A stretch of 64,000 bases of DNA from Alphaproteobacteria bacterium. GTDB taxonomy: Bacteria > Pseudomonadota > Alphaproteobacteria > Bin95. Every line of letters starts with the position of its first letter. Within the stretch, counting starts at the first letter, position 1. The notes below the pieces were generated by a model. It had not been told where the DNA came from. It made no database searches and saw nothing but the letters and a program-made list of their open reading frames with translations. Below are positions 43,906 to 53,231 of this stretch, piece after piece. Made by a program: the position numbers and the translations under genes. The stretch spans positions 1,248,001-1,312,000 of the forward strand of contig CAXXWS020000002.1 in the NCBI GenBank assembly GCA_963665325.3, read 5' to 3'.

Positions 43906-43934
43906 GAACGGGACTCCGTATGGGGGCTTGGGGG

Positions 43935-45326
43935 TCAGGAGGCCGGCGCCGGCCTCGGGTCGATAGCCGGCAGCGCGCCGACCGCGGCTTCGATGAGGCG
44001 CCCGGCGGCAATCGCCATGTCCTCGCGCCGCGTCGGGGCCACGATCTGGAGCCCGGCGGGCATGCCTCCCGGCGTGAGGCCGGCCGGGATCGCGAGGATC
44101 GGGCAGGAGGTCAGCACCGTGCCCCAGCATTGCTGGAACCAGGGCGGCGGCGCTTCGGACCATTCGTCCACCCGGGCGCCGCGTTCCTCGACAGAAAAGG
44201 CCGTGCAGCAGACTGTCGGCATGACGATTACATCGACCTGTTCGAAGGCGTCGGACAGCCGCTGGAAGACGGCCGCGCGCTCTCGTTCGGCCCAAATGAA
44301 ATCCTCGGCTGTGAGTCCCTGCGCAAAGTCGAGCAGCAGACCCAGCACGCGCTCCAGGCTTTCCCGGTTTTCGGCGATGAAGTCCGCGCGCTCGATCAAG
44401 GTGTTGTGCCCGATCATTACCGAGAACAGGCGAGACATGTCGCCGAAATCGAGCGCGATGGGTTCCACCGGGACATCCAGCTTCGCGAGCGCGGCCTCGA
44501 CGACGGCGGCTACGTCCGGCTCGACGCCGCCCAGGCCGATATCCGCGACATAGCCGATCCGGGAGGGCCGCTTGCCCGCCGTGCGGAACGAGGCGGCGGG
44601 ATCGGGAAGGCTCAGGGGATCGCTTGCCAGGTGGCCCGACATGGCGTCGAGGAAGAGGGCGATATCGCCCACCGAGCGCGCCATCGGACCCTGCACCGAC
44701 ATCGGGTTGAAGCAGCGGTGGGAATGGGTGCGTGGCACCCGTCCGGGGCTCGGGCGCAGGCCGCAGACGCCTGCGAAAGCGGCCGGGATGCGCAGACTGC
44801 CCCCGATATCCGAGCCGTGCGCAAGCGCCACCTCGCCCGCCGCCAGCGCCGCAGACGCGCCGCCCGACGAGCCTCCCGGCGTCGTTTCGAGGTTCCACGG
44901 GTTGCGCGTGTGGCCGAAGACACGGTTCGTCGTCACCGGCATCATGCCCATTTCGGGCGAGTTCGATTTGGCGACGACGATGCCGCCGCGCGCCTCCAGC
45001 CGGGTCACGAGCGGGTCGGACCTGTCCGCCACATTGTCGGCATAGAGCGGGCAGCCATAGGTGGTGCGCATGCCCTCGACGTCGATCAGGTCCTTGATGG
45101 CGATCGGCAGGCCGGCGAGCAGGCCCCGGTCGCCGGGTGCAATGTCCTGCATCCGCCTCGCTTCGTCGCGAGCGCGGTCGAATCGATGCAGCGGCAGCGC
45201 GTTCACCGCCCCGTCCACGGCCTCGATGCGGGCTATGGATGCGTCCACAAGCTCCAGCGGCGACACTTCGCCCGCCGTCAGCCGGCGAACCGCCTCCTCC
45301 GCAGACAGCTCCCAGAGTTCGGCCAT
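43935..45326 (-). CDS. Amidase signature family protein
   Basis: GLPIAIKD, KSNSPEMG, TPGGSSGG, GSDIGGSLRIP. Confidence 0.92.
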   Translation of the reverse strand: MAELWELSAEEAVRRLTAGEVSPLELVDASIARIEAVDGAVNALPLHRFDRARDEARRMQDIAPGDRGLLAGLPIAIKDLIDVEGMRTTYGCPLYADNVADRSDPLVTRLEARGGIVVAKSNSPEMGMMPVTTNRVFGHTRNPWNLETTPGGSSGGASAALAAGEVALAHGSDIGGSLRIPAAFAGVCGLRPSPGRVPRTHSHRCFNPMSVQGPMARSVGDIALFLDAMSGHLASDPLSLPDPAASFRTAGKRPSRIGYVADIGLGGVEPDVAAVVEAALAKLDVPVEPIALDFGDMSRLFSVMIGHNTLIERADFIAENRESLERVLGLLLDFAQGLTAEDFIWAERERAAVFQRLSDAFEQVDVIVMPTVCCTAFSVEERGARVDEWSEAPPPWFQQCWGTVLTSCPILAIPAGLTPGGMPAGLQIVAPTRREDMAIAAGRLIEAAVGALPAIDPRPAPAS

Positions 45327-45380
45327 GGGACTCTCCCCTCGCAAGGCCGCTACTATAGCCCGAAAGCGGGAGGGAGGAAC

Positions 45381-47564
45381 GTGGCAGGCAGGCGCGAGGA
45401 TGCCCGGCTCATCACCGGGCGGGGCCGCTATCTGGATGACATCGAGGTTCCGGGAGCGCTCTGGGCGGCGTTCCTGCGCAGTCCGCATGCCCACGCCCGG
45501 ATCCGGGCGGTGCAAGGCAACGGGGTCGAAGTCTTCACGGCGGCGGACATTCCGGAGCTAGAGGGACTCCGGCCCTACCAGCCCGCGAACATGCAGACGG
45601 GCGAACCCTTTGACTGGGAACCGCAACCCCTGCTGGCGCGGGACGTCGCGAGCTATGCGGGCCAGCCGGTCGCGTTCGTGACCGGCCGGACGCCGGAGGA
45701 GGCGCTGGATGCGGCGGACCGGGTGCAGGTCGTCTATGAGGCGCTGGACCTGGAGCCGGAGAAGACTTGTATCGACTGGCGGACCGGAGATGCGGCCGCC
45801 GTCGAGGAGGCCTTTTCGCACGCGGCCCACAGGGTCGGGATCGCGCTCCTGAACCATCGCGTGGTCATCAACCCTATGGAGCCGCGCGGTGCCTGCGCAT
45901 CTTACGATCCGGCCGACGGGCGCTATACGCTCAGGCTCTCCAGCCAGAACCTGCACGTCAATCGCGACCATGCGGCGATGTGCCTGGGCGTGGAGCCGGC
46001 ACGGGTGCGCTTCATTGCAGAGGATGTAGGCGGCGGGTTCGGCGTCAAGAATTTCGCCTATCCCGAGCATGTGCTGCTGCTCTGGGCCGCGCGCCGGCTG
46101 GGCTGTCCGGTGCGCTGGACGGCGACGCGATCCGAGATCTTCCTGAGCGACCACCAGTGCCGGGGCCAGCGCGCCGAAGCCGAGCTGGCACTGGATGGGG
46201 AAGGGCACTTCCTCGCGCTCAGCGTATCGAGCACGGCCAATGTCGGCGCCTGGCTCGGCAATGTCGCGGGCGGCGTGCAGACGGGGCAATTCGTCCATCT
46301 GGCAGGCACGGTCTACGCCATTCCGGCGGTCAGCCTGCATATCCGCGCGGCGCTGACCCACACGCCGCCCGAAGGCGTGACTCGCGGGCCGGGCTTCGCC
46401 GAAATGGTGAACATCCTCGAACGCCTGATCGACAAGGCGGCGGCCGAAACCGGTATGACTCGGGAAGAGCTTCGCCGGCGAAATCTCGTATCCCGCCTGC
46501 CGATGACCAATGCGCTCGGCTTCACCGTGGACAGCGGCGCGTTCACCGAGGCATTTGCGCTGGCGGAGCGACAGGCCGAAGGGTTTGAAGAACGGCGCCG
46601 GCAAAGCGAGGTGGAAGGCCGGCTCCGGGGCCTGGGCTTCGCCTGCCACATCAAGGCCACCGGCGGTTTCCCGGAGGAGAATGTCGAACTGCGCTTCCAC
46701 GAGGACGGCCGCATCGACCTTGTGACCGGCACACAGCATATCGGCCAGGGACACGAAACCACCTTCCCGGAAATCGCGGCCCGCTGCCTCGACCTGCCGA
46801 GCGACGGCATCCGGCTCGTCCAGGGCGACACGGACGAGATCGCCATGGGAGGCGGCCACGGCTCCTCGCGTGCGACCTACATGGCCGGCACGGCGATTTT
46901 CCGTGCGAGCGAGATCGTCATCGAGAAGGGGCGGGCGCTGGCGGCGGACCGGCTGGAGGCGGCGGAAGCGGATATCGAATACGAAGCGGGCGGTTTCCGG
47001 GTCGCCGGCACCGACCGGGCGGTCGGCCTGTTCGAACTCGCCGGAGACGGCGCGCTAGACACTTACTACCACTGGGCGCGGGAGTGGATGACCTTCCCGA
47101 ACGGCACCCATCTGGCGGAAGTCGAGATCGACCCGGAGACGGGTGCCGTACGCCTGGTGCGTTACGCCGCCTTCGACGACTATGGCGAGCATATCGACGA
47201 CGCCATCGTCGCCGGACAGGTGCACGGCGCCATCGCGCAGGGCGTCGGCCAGGCGCTGCTGGAGGAAGCGGTGTTCGAGGCGGAGTCGGGCCAGCCGCTG
47301 ACCGGCTCGTTCATGGACTACGCGATGCCGCGCGCCGACGACCTGCCGTCCTTCGATGTCGCGTTCACGCCCACGCGGTGCACGACCAATCCGCTGGGCG
47401 TAAAGGGCTGCGGGGAGGCCGGCGCCGTCGCCGGTTATCCCGCCGTCACCAACGCCATTCTCGATGCGCTGGCGCCGCTCGGCGTAAGGAACTTCGACGG
47501 CGCAGCGACGCCGTTCCGCATTTGGGAAGCGATCCGCAGGGCAGAGGAAAAAATGCGGCTGTGA
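45381..47564 (+). CDS. Xanthine dehydrogenase/CoxL-like molybdopterin-binding large subunit
   Basis: GTG after GGAGG. REDARLITGRGRY, RSPHAHARI, VGGGFGVK, TRGPG, GQGHET, GVKGCGEAG. Confidence 0.9.
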   Translation: MAGRREDARLITGRGRYLDDIEVPGALWAAFLRSPHAHARIRAVQGNGVEVFTAADIPELEGLRPYQPANMQTGEPFDWEPQPLLARDVASYAGQPVAFVTGRTPEEALDAADRVQVVYEALDLEPEKTCIDWRTGDAAAVEEAFSHAAHRVGIALLNHRVVINPMEPRGACASYDPADGRYTLRLSSQNLHVNRDHAAMCLGVEPARVRFIAEDVGGGFGVKNFAYPEHVLLLWAARRLGCPVRWTATRSEIFLSDHQCRGQRAEAELALDGEGHFLALSVSSTANVGAWLGNVAGGVQTGQFVHLAGTVYAIPAVSLHIRAALTHTPPEGVTRGPGFAEMVNILERLIDKAAAETGMTREELRRRNLVSRLPMTNALGFTVDSGAFTEAFALAERQAEGFEERRRQSEVEGRLRGLGFACHIKATGGFPEENVELRFHEDGRIDLVTGTQHIGQGHETTFPEIAARCLDLPSDGIRLVQGDTDEIAMGGGHGSSRATYMAGTAIFRASEIVIEKGRALAADRLEAAEADIEYEAGGFRVAGTDRAVGLFELAGDGALDTYYHWAREWMTFPNGTHLAEVEIDPETGAVRLVRYAAFDDYGEHIDDAIVAGQVHGAIAQGVGQALLEEAVFEAESGQPLTGSFMDYAMPRADDLPSFDVAFTPTRCTTNPLGVKGCGEAGAVAGYPAVTNAILDALAPLGVRNFDGAATPFRIWEAIRRAEEKMRL

Positions 47565-47666
47565 ACCGGTTTATGCGGCGGTTGGGCCTGTTCTACTCGA
47601 CCGCGTTCGATTATTGTGCCCGCGGTTGCGCAAGATGCCGGCCGGTCCACAGGAGAGTCTGGCGAT

Positions 47667-48671
47667 ATGGTCGATTCCTTACCGGGAATAGCTCCCTTTT
47701 CGGTGTTCGTCGTCGTCGTGCTGGTGTTCGCCGTGGCGCTCGTCTTCATGGGCGTCAAGACGGTGCCGCAGGGCTTCGAGTTCACCGTCGAGCGTTTCGG
47801 GCGCTACACCCGGACGCTTACGCCCGGTCTGCACCTGATCGTGCCCATCGTGGACCGCATCGGCCAGCGCCAGAATGTGATGGAGCAGGTGACCGACGTG
47901 CCGTCGCAGGAGATCATCACCCGCGACAATGCCATGGTGACTGTGGACGGCGTGGTGTTCTTCCAGATCCTGGACGCGGTGAAAGCGTCCTACGAAGTGC
48001 GTCGCCTTGAACTCTCGACCCTCAACCTGACGATGACCAACATCCGGACGGTGATGGGCTCGATGGACCTCGATGAGCTGTTGTCGCAGCGCGACAAGAT
48101 CAACGCCGAACTGCTGAAGGTGGTGGACGAGGCGACCGCACCCTGGGGCGTCAAGATCACCCGAATCGAGATCAAGGACATCACGCCGCCCGCCCAATTG
48201 GTGGATGCCATGGCGCGCCAGATGAAGGCGGAGCGGGAAAAGCGCGCAGTGATCCTGGAGGCAGAGGGCGTGCGGCAGGCCGAGATCTTGAAGGCCGAAG
48301 GACAGAAGCAGGCCGCGATCCTGGAAGCGGAGGGCCGGCGGGAGGCTGCGTTCCGGGACGCTGAAGCGCGCGAACGCGAGGCCGAGGCCGAAGCCCGGGC
48401 TACCGAAATGGTCTCGAAAGCCATCGGGGAAGGCAATATCCAGGCGATCAACTATTTCGTCGCCCAGAAATACGTCTCCGCGCTGGAAGGCATAGGCAGC
48501 GCTCCCAACCAGAAGATCGTGTTGATGCCGCTTGAGGCTTCGGGCGTTATCGGCGCCGTCGCAGGGCTGACGGAAATCGCCAGGGAGGCCTTCGGTTCCG
48601 ACGGAGAGGCCGCACCGCCCGCCGCCCGCCGGCGTCGGGGCTCGGTGCCGCCTTCCGGTTCCGGCGCCTGA
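47667..48671 (+). CDS. SPFH/Band 7 (QmcA-like) membrane protein
   Basis: N-terminal TM, VERFGRY, QEIITRDNAMV, WGVKITRIEIKDI, RQMKAERE. Confidence 0.92.
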   Translation: MVDSLPGIAPFSVFVVVVLVFAVALVFMGVKTVPQGFEFTVERFGRYTRTLTPGLHLIVPIVDRIGQRQNVMEQVTDVPSQEIITRDNAMVTVDGVVFFQILDAVKASYEVRRLELSTLNLTMTNIRTVMGSMDLDELLSQRDKINAELLKVVDEATAPWGVKITRIEIKDITPPAQLVDAMARQMKAEREKRAVILEAEGVRQAEILKAEGQKQAAILEAEGRREAAFRDAEAREREAEAEARATEMVSKAIGEGNIQAINYFVAQKYVSALEGIGSAPNQKIVLMPLEASGVIGAVAGLTEIAREAFGSDGEAAPPAARRRRGSVPPSGSGA

Positions 48672-48681
48672 GGCGGGGCCG

Positions 48682-49167
48682 ATGGAGTCGTTTGCACTAG
48701 AGGACATCTCCTACTGGCACTGGCTGGCCTTCGGCGTATTCCTGATGCTGGTGGAAATCCTGGTTCCGGGCGTCGTCTTCCTCTGGCTGGGAATCGCCGC
48801 GGTCTTGACCGGCTTGCTGCTTGCTGTCGTGCCGGACACGGGCTGGCAGGCTCAACTGGTCGTTTTCGCCGTTCTGTCGGTAGCGGCAATCTTCTTCGGG
48901 CGCCGCTTTGTGGCTTCGAGGCAGAGGCCGACCGATCATCCGACCCTCAACCGGCGGGGCCGCAGCATGGTCGGCACGCGCGCCATTCTCCGCGATCCGA
49001 CCGTCAGCGGTCGCGGCCGGATACGCATCGGGGACACGATGTGGGCGCTCCGCCTGGCATCGCCCGAGGGCGAACTCCCGGCAGACACCGAAGTGACGGT
49101 CGTTGAAGTGGACGGCGTGACGCTCGTCGTCCGCGAAATCCCCGAGGAGGCCGTCGAAGACGGCTAG
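48682..49167 (+). CDS. NfeD family protein (YbbJ-like)
   Basis: WHWLAFG..LVEILVPG..LWLG, LNRRG, RIGDTMW. Usual partner of SPFH genes. Confidence 0.9.
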   Translation: MESFALEDISYWHWLAFGVFLMLVEILVPGVVFLWLGIAAVLTGLLLAVVPDTGWQAQLVVFAVLSVAAIFFGRRFVASRQRPTDHPTLNRRGRSMVGTRAILRDPTVSGRGRIRIGDTMWALRLASPEGELPADTEVTVVEVDGVTLVVREIPEEAVEDG

Positions 49168-49254
49168 AGTGGAATCCATTCGAATTGAACCGCAACTGGA
49201 ACCGAACCCAAAACCGTCACCCCGGCCCCCGAGCCGTGTGTGGACGCCTCCCTG

Positions 49255-49500
49255 GATGCAAGCAGTTTTTTCGGCTTGGTCGGGCCTATGCGGTCAGGCG
49301 GAGTCGTGTGTCCGGTTTCCCTTGTGCGGCACTTGAGTTGCCGCGGGCCAGTATGGAGATACGCGGATCGGGTCCATATCGGGGTCATGCGCTCGCGGCG
49401 CGCCGGCTCAGCCTGGTTTTCCCGATCCCGTCTCATTGACCGTTTGCCCTTACCCCTTGCCTCGGCCTGCCTGCATCCTCCGACGGCTCGCCGCACCGCC
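49255..49500 (-). ncRNA. Predicted bridge/seekRNA of the IS1111 element
   Basis: Stem 49365-49372/49421-49428 encloses CGGGGTC (49380-49386) and CCGGCTC (49403-49409), which match opposite strands of target GAGCCGGGGTC. TCGTGTGT (49304-49311) matches the circle junction. RNA ends unknown. Confidence 0.72.
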
Positions 49501-49503
49501 TTC

Positions 49504-50535
49504 TCAGGCGGCTGCGGGAGCCCGGTAGGTCTCCTTCTTCACGGCCAGCGCCCACAGGATGCGCGCCATGCGATTGGCGAGCGCGACGGCGACCAGCTTG
49601 CGCTTCCCTGGCTTGCTCGCCAGCAGGCGCGCCAGCCAGGGATCGTTGCACTTGCCCCGGCGGATGGCGTTCTGGATCACCGACATCGCCCCGACCACCA
49701 GCAGGCGGCGCAGGTCCTTCTGGCCCATCTTCGAGATCTTGCCGAGCCGCGGTTTGCCGGCTGTACTGTGCTGGCGGGGCGTGAGGCCGAGCCAGGCAGC
49801 GAAGTCGCGCCCCTTGCGGAAGGTTTCGAGCGGCGGGGCCAGGGCCTGGAGCGCCAGCGCCGTGACCGGCCCCACCCCCGGCACGGTCATCGCGCGGGCC
49901 GCCTCCTCGTCCTCGCGCGCGGCGGCCCGCAGCGTCCGGTCCAGCTCTCTGACCTTCCCGTCCAGCTCGGCGATCCGTTCCAGCAGCAGTGCCCCCATCT
50001 CGTGCGTCAGCGCCGGCAGAGACGCCCCCTCTTCGCCCTCAAGTGCCCAGGCCAGACGTGCCACATGCGCCGGCCCCTTGGGAGCTACAAGGCCGAACTC
50101 CGCTAGATGGCCCCGCAGCGCGTTGATCGTCTGCGTGCGCTGGCGCACCAGAAGCATGCGCACCCCCAACTGCATCGCCCCCGCCTGGCTCTCCTCGCTC
50201 TTCACCGTCACGAAGCGCATGGTCGGGCGCTGCGCCGCCTCGCAGATCGCCTCCGCGTCCGCCGCGTCGTTCTTCTGCCGCTTCACATAAGGCTTCACAT
50301 AAATCGGCGGGATCAGACGAACCTCATGGCCCAGCTTGCCGATCTCGCGGCCCCAGTAATGCGCACCCCCGCACGCCTCCATCGCAACCGTGCAGCGAGG
50401 TTGAGACAACAGAAACGCCAGAACCCGACCCCGCGACAGCTTGCGACGGAACGCCACCGAGCCGTCCGAATACGCGCCGTGCATCTGAAAGCTGTTCTTC
50501 GACAGGTCCACCCCGATGATGCTAACCTCCTTCAT
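49504..50535 (-). CDS. IS110 family DEDD transposase/recombinase
   Basis: GVDLSK, MEAC and KNDAADA (DEDD), VPGVGP, WLGLTPRQHSTAGK (catalytic Ser region), VALANRMARILW. GGAGG RBS. Appears intact. Confidence 0.96.
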   Translation of the reverse strand: MKEVSIIGVDLSKNSFQMHGAYSDGSVAFRRKLSRGRVLAFLLSQPRCTVAMEACGGAHYWGREIGKLGHEVRLIPPIYVKPYVKRQKNDAADAEAICEAAQRPTMRFVTVKSEESQAGAMQLGVRMLLVRQRTQTINALRGHLAEFGLVAPKGPAHVARLAWALEGEEGASLPALTHEMGALLLERIAELDGKVRELDRTLRAAAREDEEAARAMTVPGVGPVTALALQALAPPLETFRKGRDFAAWLGLTPRQHSTAGKPRLGKISKMGQKDLRRLLVVGAMSVIQNAIRRGKCNDPWLARLLASKPGKRKLVAVALANRMARILWALAVKKETYRAPAAA

Positions 50536-50748
50536 TGGATGCCTCCTTCCCATTGGGGGTTTCAACAACACCACCATGGCACATTGCGATGCCGTCGGAT
50601 GGAGGCGTCCACCCTATCGGGGTCCAGAACCGCCTTCGAAATTTGGTGAAGCTCCGGTAGGCTGGACCCCGGATCTCCGCTCCGCTCCGTCCGGGGTGAC
50701 AATTGAGGCTGCGCCTTCGACTTCGTTTCAACTCGAACGGACCGTGCT

Positions 50749-52044
50749 CTAGCCGGGCGGTCCCAGGCGGCGCACCCGGATTGCCAGAATTGCGGCCTCT
50801 GCGCCGTAGCCGGCCATCCAGGCGGCTAGTCCGATGACGGCGCCGTTGCCCCCCGGCAGCAACAGGGAGATCGCTGCAACCAGAGTGGCGGCGAAAACGC
50901 GGCCAAGCCCCGAAACCGCGAGCGCGCCTGTAACCCTCGCGCCCGCAAGCATGCCGCGAAAGACTGCCGACAGGCCCCAGAAGGCGGCCATGAGGAATGC
51001 AAACTGCATGGCCGGGGCGCAATAGGCTTCCAGCGCCGGCTCCAGGCCCATGGCGTCGGAAAGGACAAGGCGGTCCAGCGGTGTGTGGAACAGGAGCAGG
51101 GCGACAGCCCCGAAGAACAGCATCTGCTGCCCGGCAAACTTCAGTATCACGCGCCTGTCTTCGATTCGGCGCACGAGCGTCTGGGCGCTTTGCACCAGAT
51201 TGCGCAGCGGACTGAGCATCAGGCCCGCCAGGCCGTATACGATTGCGAACGCGGCGAGCGCCAGGTCGGGATTTGGAAGCCGGCCGAGGAACACGCTGAT
51301 GGCGAAGACCATCCCCATCTCGGCCGAGGTATTCAGCATCAAAGGCCAGGAAAAACGCCATTGCGCTCTCACGGTCGGCGGCGCTTCGCCGTGTTCGGGC
51401 AGTCCGGCATAGATGCGCCGGGCGAAGAAGACCGCTACCGCAGTCTCGCAAAACATGGCGAAGACCAGCGCACCGGCGCCGACTGCAGCTCCCTCCAGCA
51501 CGAGCGGCAGTACGACGAGCGAGCCGGCGAGCGAGCCCAGCCGCGCGACAGTCGCCCAGGTGATGAAGATCGTCTTCTGTCCCATCATCAGCAGGCCGAA
51601 GGCGACCGACCGGCAGATCAGGATCGGGGCGCTGAGCGACAACAGGAAGGTCGCCGTCTTCGCCTCCGCGACCGCGGCGTCGCTGATTCCGAACAGCGTC
51701 TGGAACGCGAAATCGCCGATGGGCGTGAAGGCCAGCACCTGCGCGACGGCCCAGGGGACGGCCACGATGACGCCCATGAACCGCAGTAGATGTGCGAGAG
51801 CGCGGCGGCTGCGGAGGTAGGAAAGCGTCAGGAGCGAGCAGACTTCCGTGCCGCTGGCGATGGAATAGTAGAGCGTGAAGGCGCTGTGAAAGGCCGCGAG
51901 CACGATGCTGCTGTCATCCATGCGCGCGAGGAAAGCGTTGATGACCGTCTTCGAGATCATGTTGAGTTCGGTCATGAAAATGAGCGGAACGAAAAACCGG
52001 TAGCAGGTTCCTAAAGTGAGTCCCCCTGCTGCCGCCCCGCTCAT
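50749..52044 (-). CDS. MATE/MOP-superfamily-like membrane protein (ANKH-like)
   Basis: ~12 TM segments in two repeats, each starting (F/W)RF..PL. FFVPLIFMTELNMISKTVINAFLAR. Confidence 0.65.
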   Translation of the reverse strand: MSGAAAGGLTLGTCYRFFVPLIFMTELNMISKTVINAFLARMDDSSIVLAAFHSAFTLYYSIASGTEVCSLLTLSYLRSRRALAHLLRFMGVIVAVPWAVAQVLAFTPIGDFAFQTLFGISDAAVAEAKTATFLLSLSAPILICRSVAFGLLMMGQKTIFITWATVARLGSLAGSLVVLPLVLEGAAVGAGALVFAMFCETAVAVFFARRIYAGLPEHGEAPPTVRAQWRFSWPLMLNTSAEMGMVFAISVFLGRLPNPDLALAAFAIVYGLAGLMLSPLRNLVQSAQTLVRRIEDRRVILKFAGQQMLFFGAVALLLFHTPLDRLVLSDAMGLEPALEAYCAPAMQFAFLMAAFWGLSAVFRGMLAGARVTGALAVSGLGRVFAATLVAAISLLLPGGNGAVIGLAAWMAGYGAEAAILAIRVRRLGPPG

Positions 52045-52115
52045 GCGGCCATTAGACAGGCCGCATGCAAGCTTGCAAACTCCCGCCCGTTCCCCGTGCG
52101 CCGGAGGCTGCCTGC

Positions 52116-53231
52116 ATGATCGTCGAGCGAATCGAAGCCATTCCGATAGAAATTCCGCTGTCCCGCGTCTTCGGCGGCAGCGTCTATGCCGTGCCGAGCC
52201 GCTGCACGGTCATTACCCGGCTTACGCTCAAGGATGGACCGACCGCGGAAGTCTATAACGGCGACAACCGCTCCGAGGGCCGGGAAATCGCCCGGCTTGT
52301 GGAGGAGGTCCTGGCGCCGCTGGTGGTGGGGCAGGATCTGCGCGACTGGCGGCGTCTCTACGATGGCATGTTCGCCCGCGTGCCCGGCGCGGCCATGGCG
52401 CCGAAGCTGCTGCTGGAAGCAATCGCCTGCGTGGACAGCGCGGTCTGGGACGGGCTTGGCCGCACCTACGGGGTCAGCGTTGCGCGCCTGCTCGGCGGCG
52501 CGCGGGACTCGCTGCCGATCTTCTCGATCGGCGGCTACTACGAGGACGGGAAGACGCTGGACGATCTGGGCCGGGAAATGCGCCAGCTCCGGGAGTGGGG
52601 CATGGCGGGCTGCAAGGTGAAGGTGGGCGGCCTGTCGCCGGAGGAGGACGCGGAGCGCGTAACCGCATGCCGGGAGGGCGCCGGATCGGATTTCATGCTG
52701 GCCGTGGACGCCAACCGGGGCTGGGACCGGCGCGAAGCCGAACGTTTCGCGCGGCTCGTGGAGCCGCTCGACATTGCGTGGTTCGAGGAGCCCTGCCACT
52801 GGTTCGACGATGTGTCGGCGATGGCGGCCCTGCGCAACGCAACCTCGATCCCGATCAATGCCGGCCAGAGCGAGATCACCGCGCATGGCGCGCGCCGGCT
52901 GGTGGAGGCGGGCGCCGTCGATATGGTCAATATCGACGCTTCGGAATCGGGCGGGCCGACCGGCTGGCTGGATGCTGCTGCCATTTGCCGGCTGCACGAT
53001 GTGCAGATGACCCACCACGAGGAGCCGCAGATCGCGCTTCACCTGCTGGCCGCCACCTCCAACAGCTTTGCGGTGGAGTGTTTCGCGGACCCGGAACGCG
53101 ACCCGATCTGGCCCGGCATGTGGCTCGATCCGCCAGACCTCCGCGACGGCCGCCTGCATGTGTCGGACCGGCCGGGCTTCGGCATCCGGCTCGACCCCGA
53201 CAAGATCGCGGCCTTCAGGATCGACCGATGA
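52116..53231 (+). CDS. Mandelate racemase/muconate lactonizing enzyme family protein
   Basis: GCKVKVG (KxK), VDANRGW, WFEEP, AGQSE, PGFGI. Confidence 0.92.
   Translation: MIVERIEAIPIEIPLSRVFGGSVYAVPSRCTVITRLTLKDGPTAEVYNGDNRSEGREIARLVEEVLAPLVVGQDLRDWRRLYDGMFARVPGAAMAPKLLLEAIACVDSAVWDGLGRTYGVSVARLLGGARDSLPIFSIGGYYEDGKTLDDLGREMRQLREWGMAGCKVKVGGLSPEEDAERVTACREGAGSDFMLAVDANRGWDRREAERFARLVEPLDIAWFEEPCHWFDDVSAMAALRNATSIPINAGQSEITAHGARRLVEAGAVDMVNIDASESGGPTGWLDAAAICRLHDVQMTHHEEPQIALHLLAATSNSFAVECFADPERDPIWPGMWLDPPDLRDGRLHVSDRPGFGIRLDPDKIAAFRIDR

Larger units (their letters stand above)
49237..50619 (-). mobile_element. IS110 family, IS1111 subgroup insertion sequence (~1.38 kb)
   Basis: Perfect 12-bp subterminal IRs GTGGACGCCTCC (49240-49251) and GGAGGCGTCCAC (50601-50612), 3 and 7 nt from the ends. 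CG core at both junctions. Long non-coding region 3' of the transposase. Confidence 0.93.
49165..50751 (+). repeat. REP-containing MITE (family 1) interrupted by the IS110 element
   Basis: 49165-49236 joined to 50620-50751 reconstitutes the reverse complement of 61368-61571 with few mismatches. TAGAG...CTCTA ends. Confidence 0.88.

Noticed and set aside
43920-45380. N-terminal 487 aa of the 1214-aa ORF, suggesting a giant fusion
   Set aside because: Antisense to the amidase. The true start is the GTG at 45381 after GGAGG.
49237-50619. Classical target-site duplication for the IS
   Set aside because: Only the 2-nt CG core is repeated, consistent with conservative recombination rather than a DDE-type duplication.
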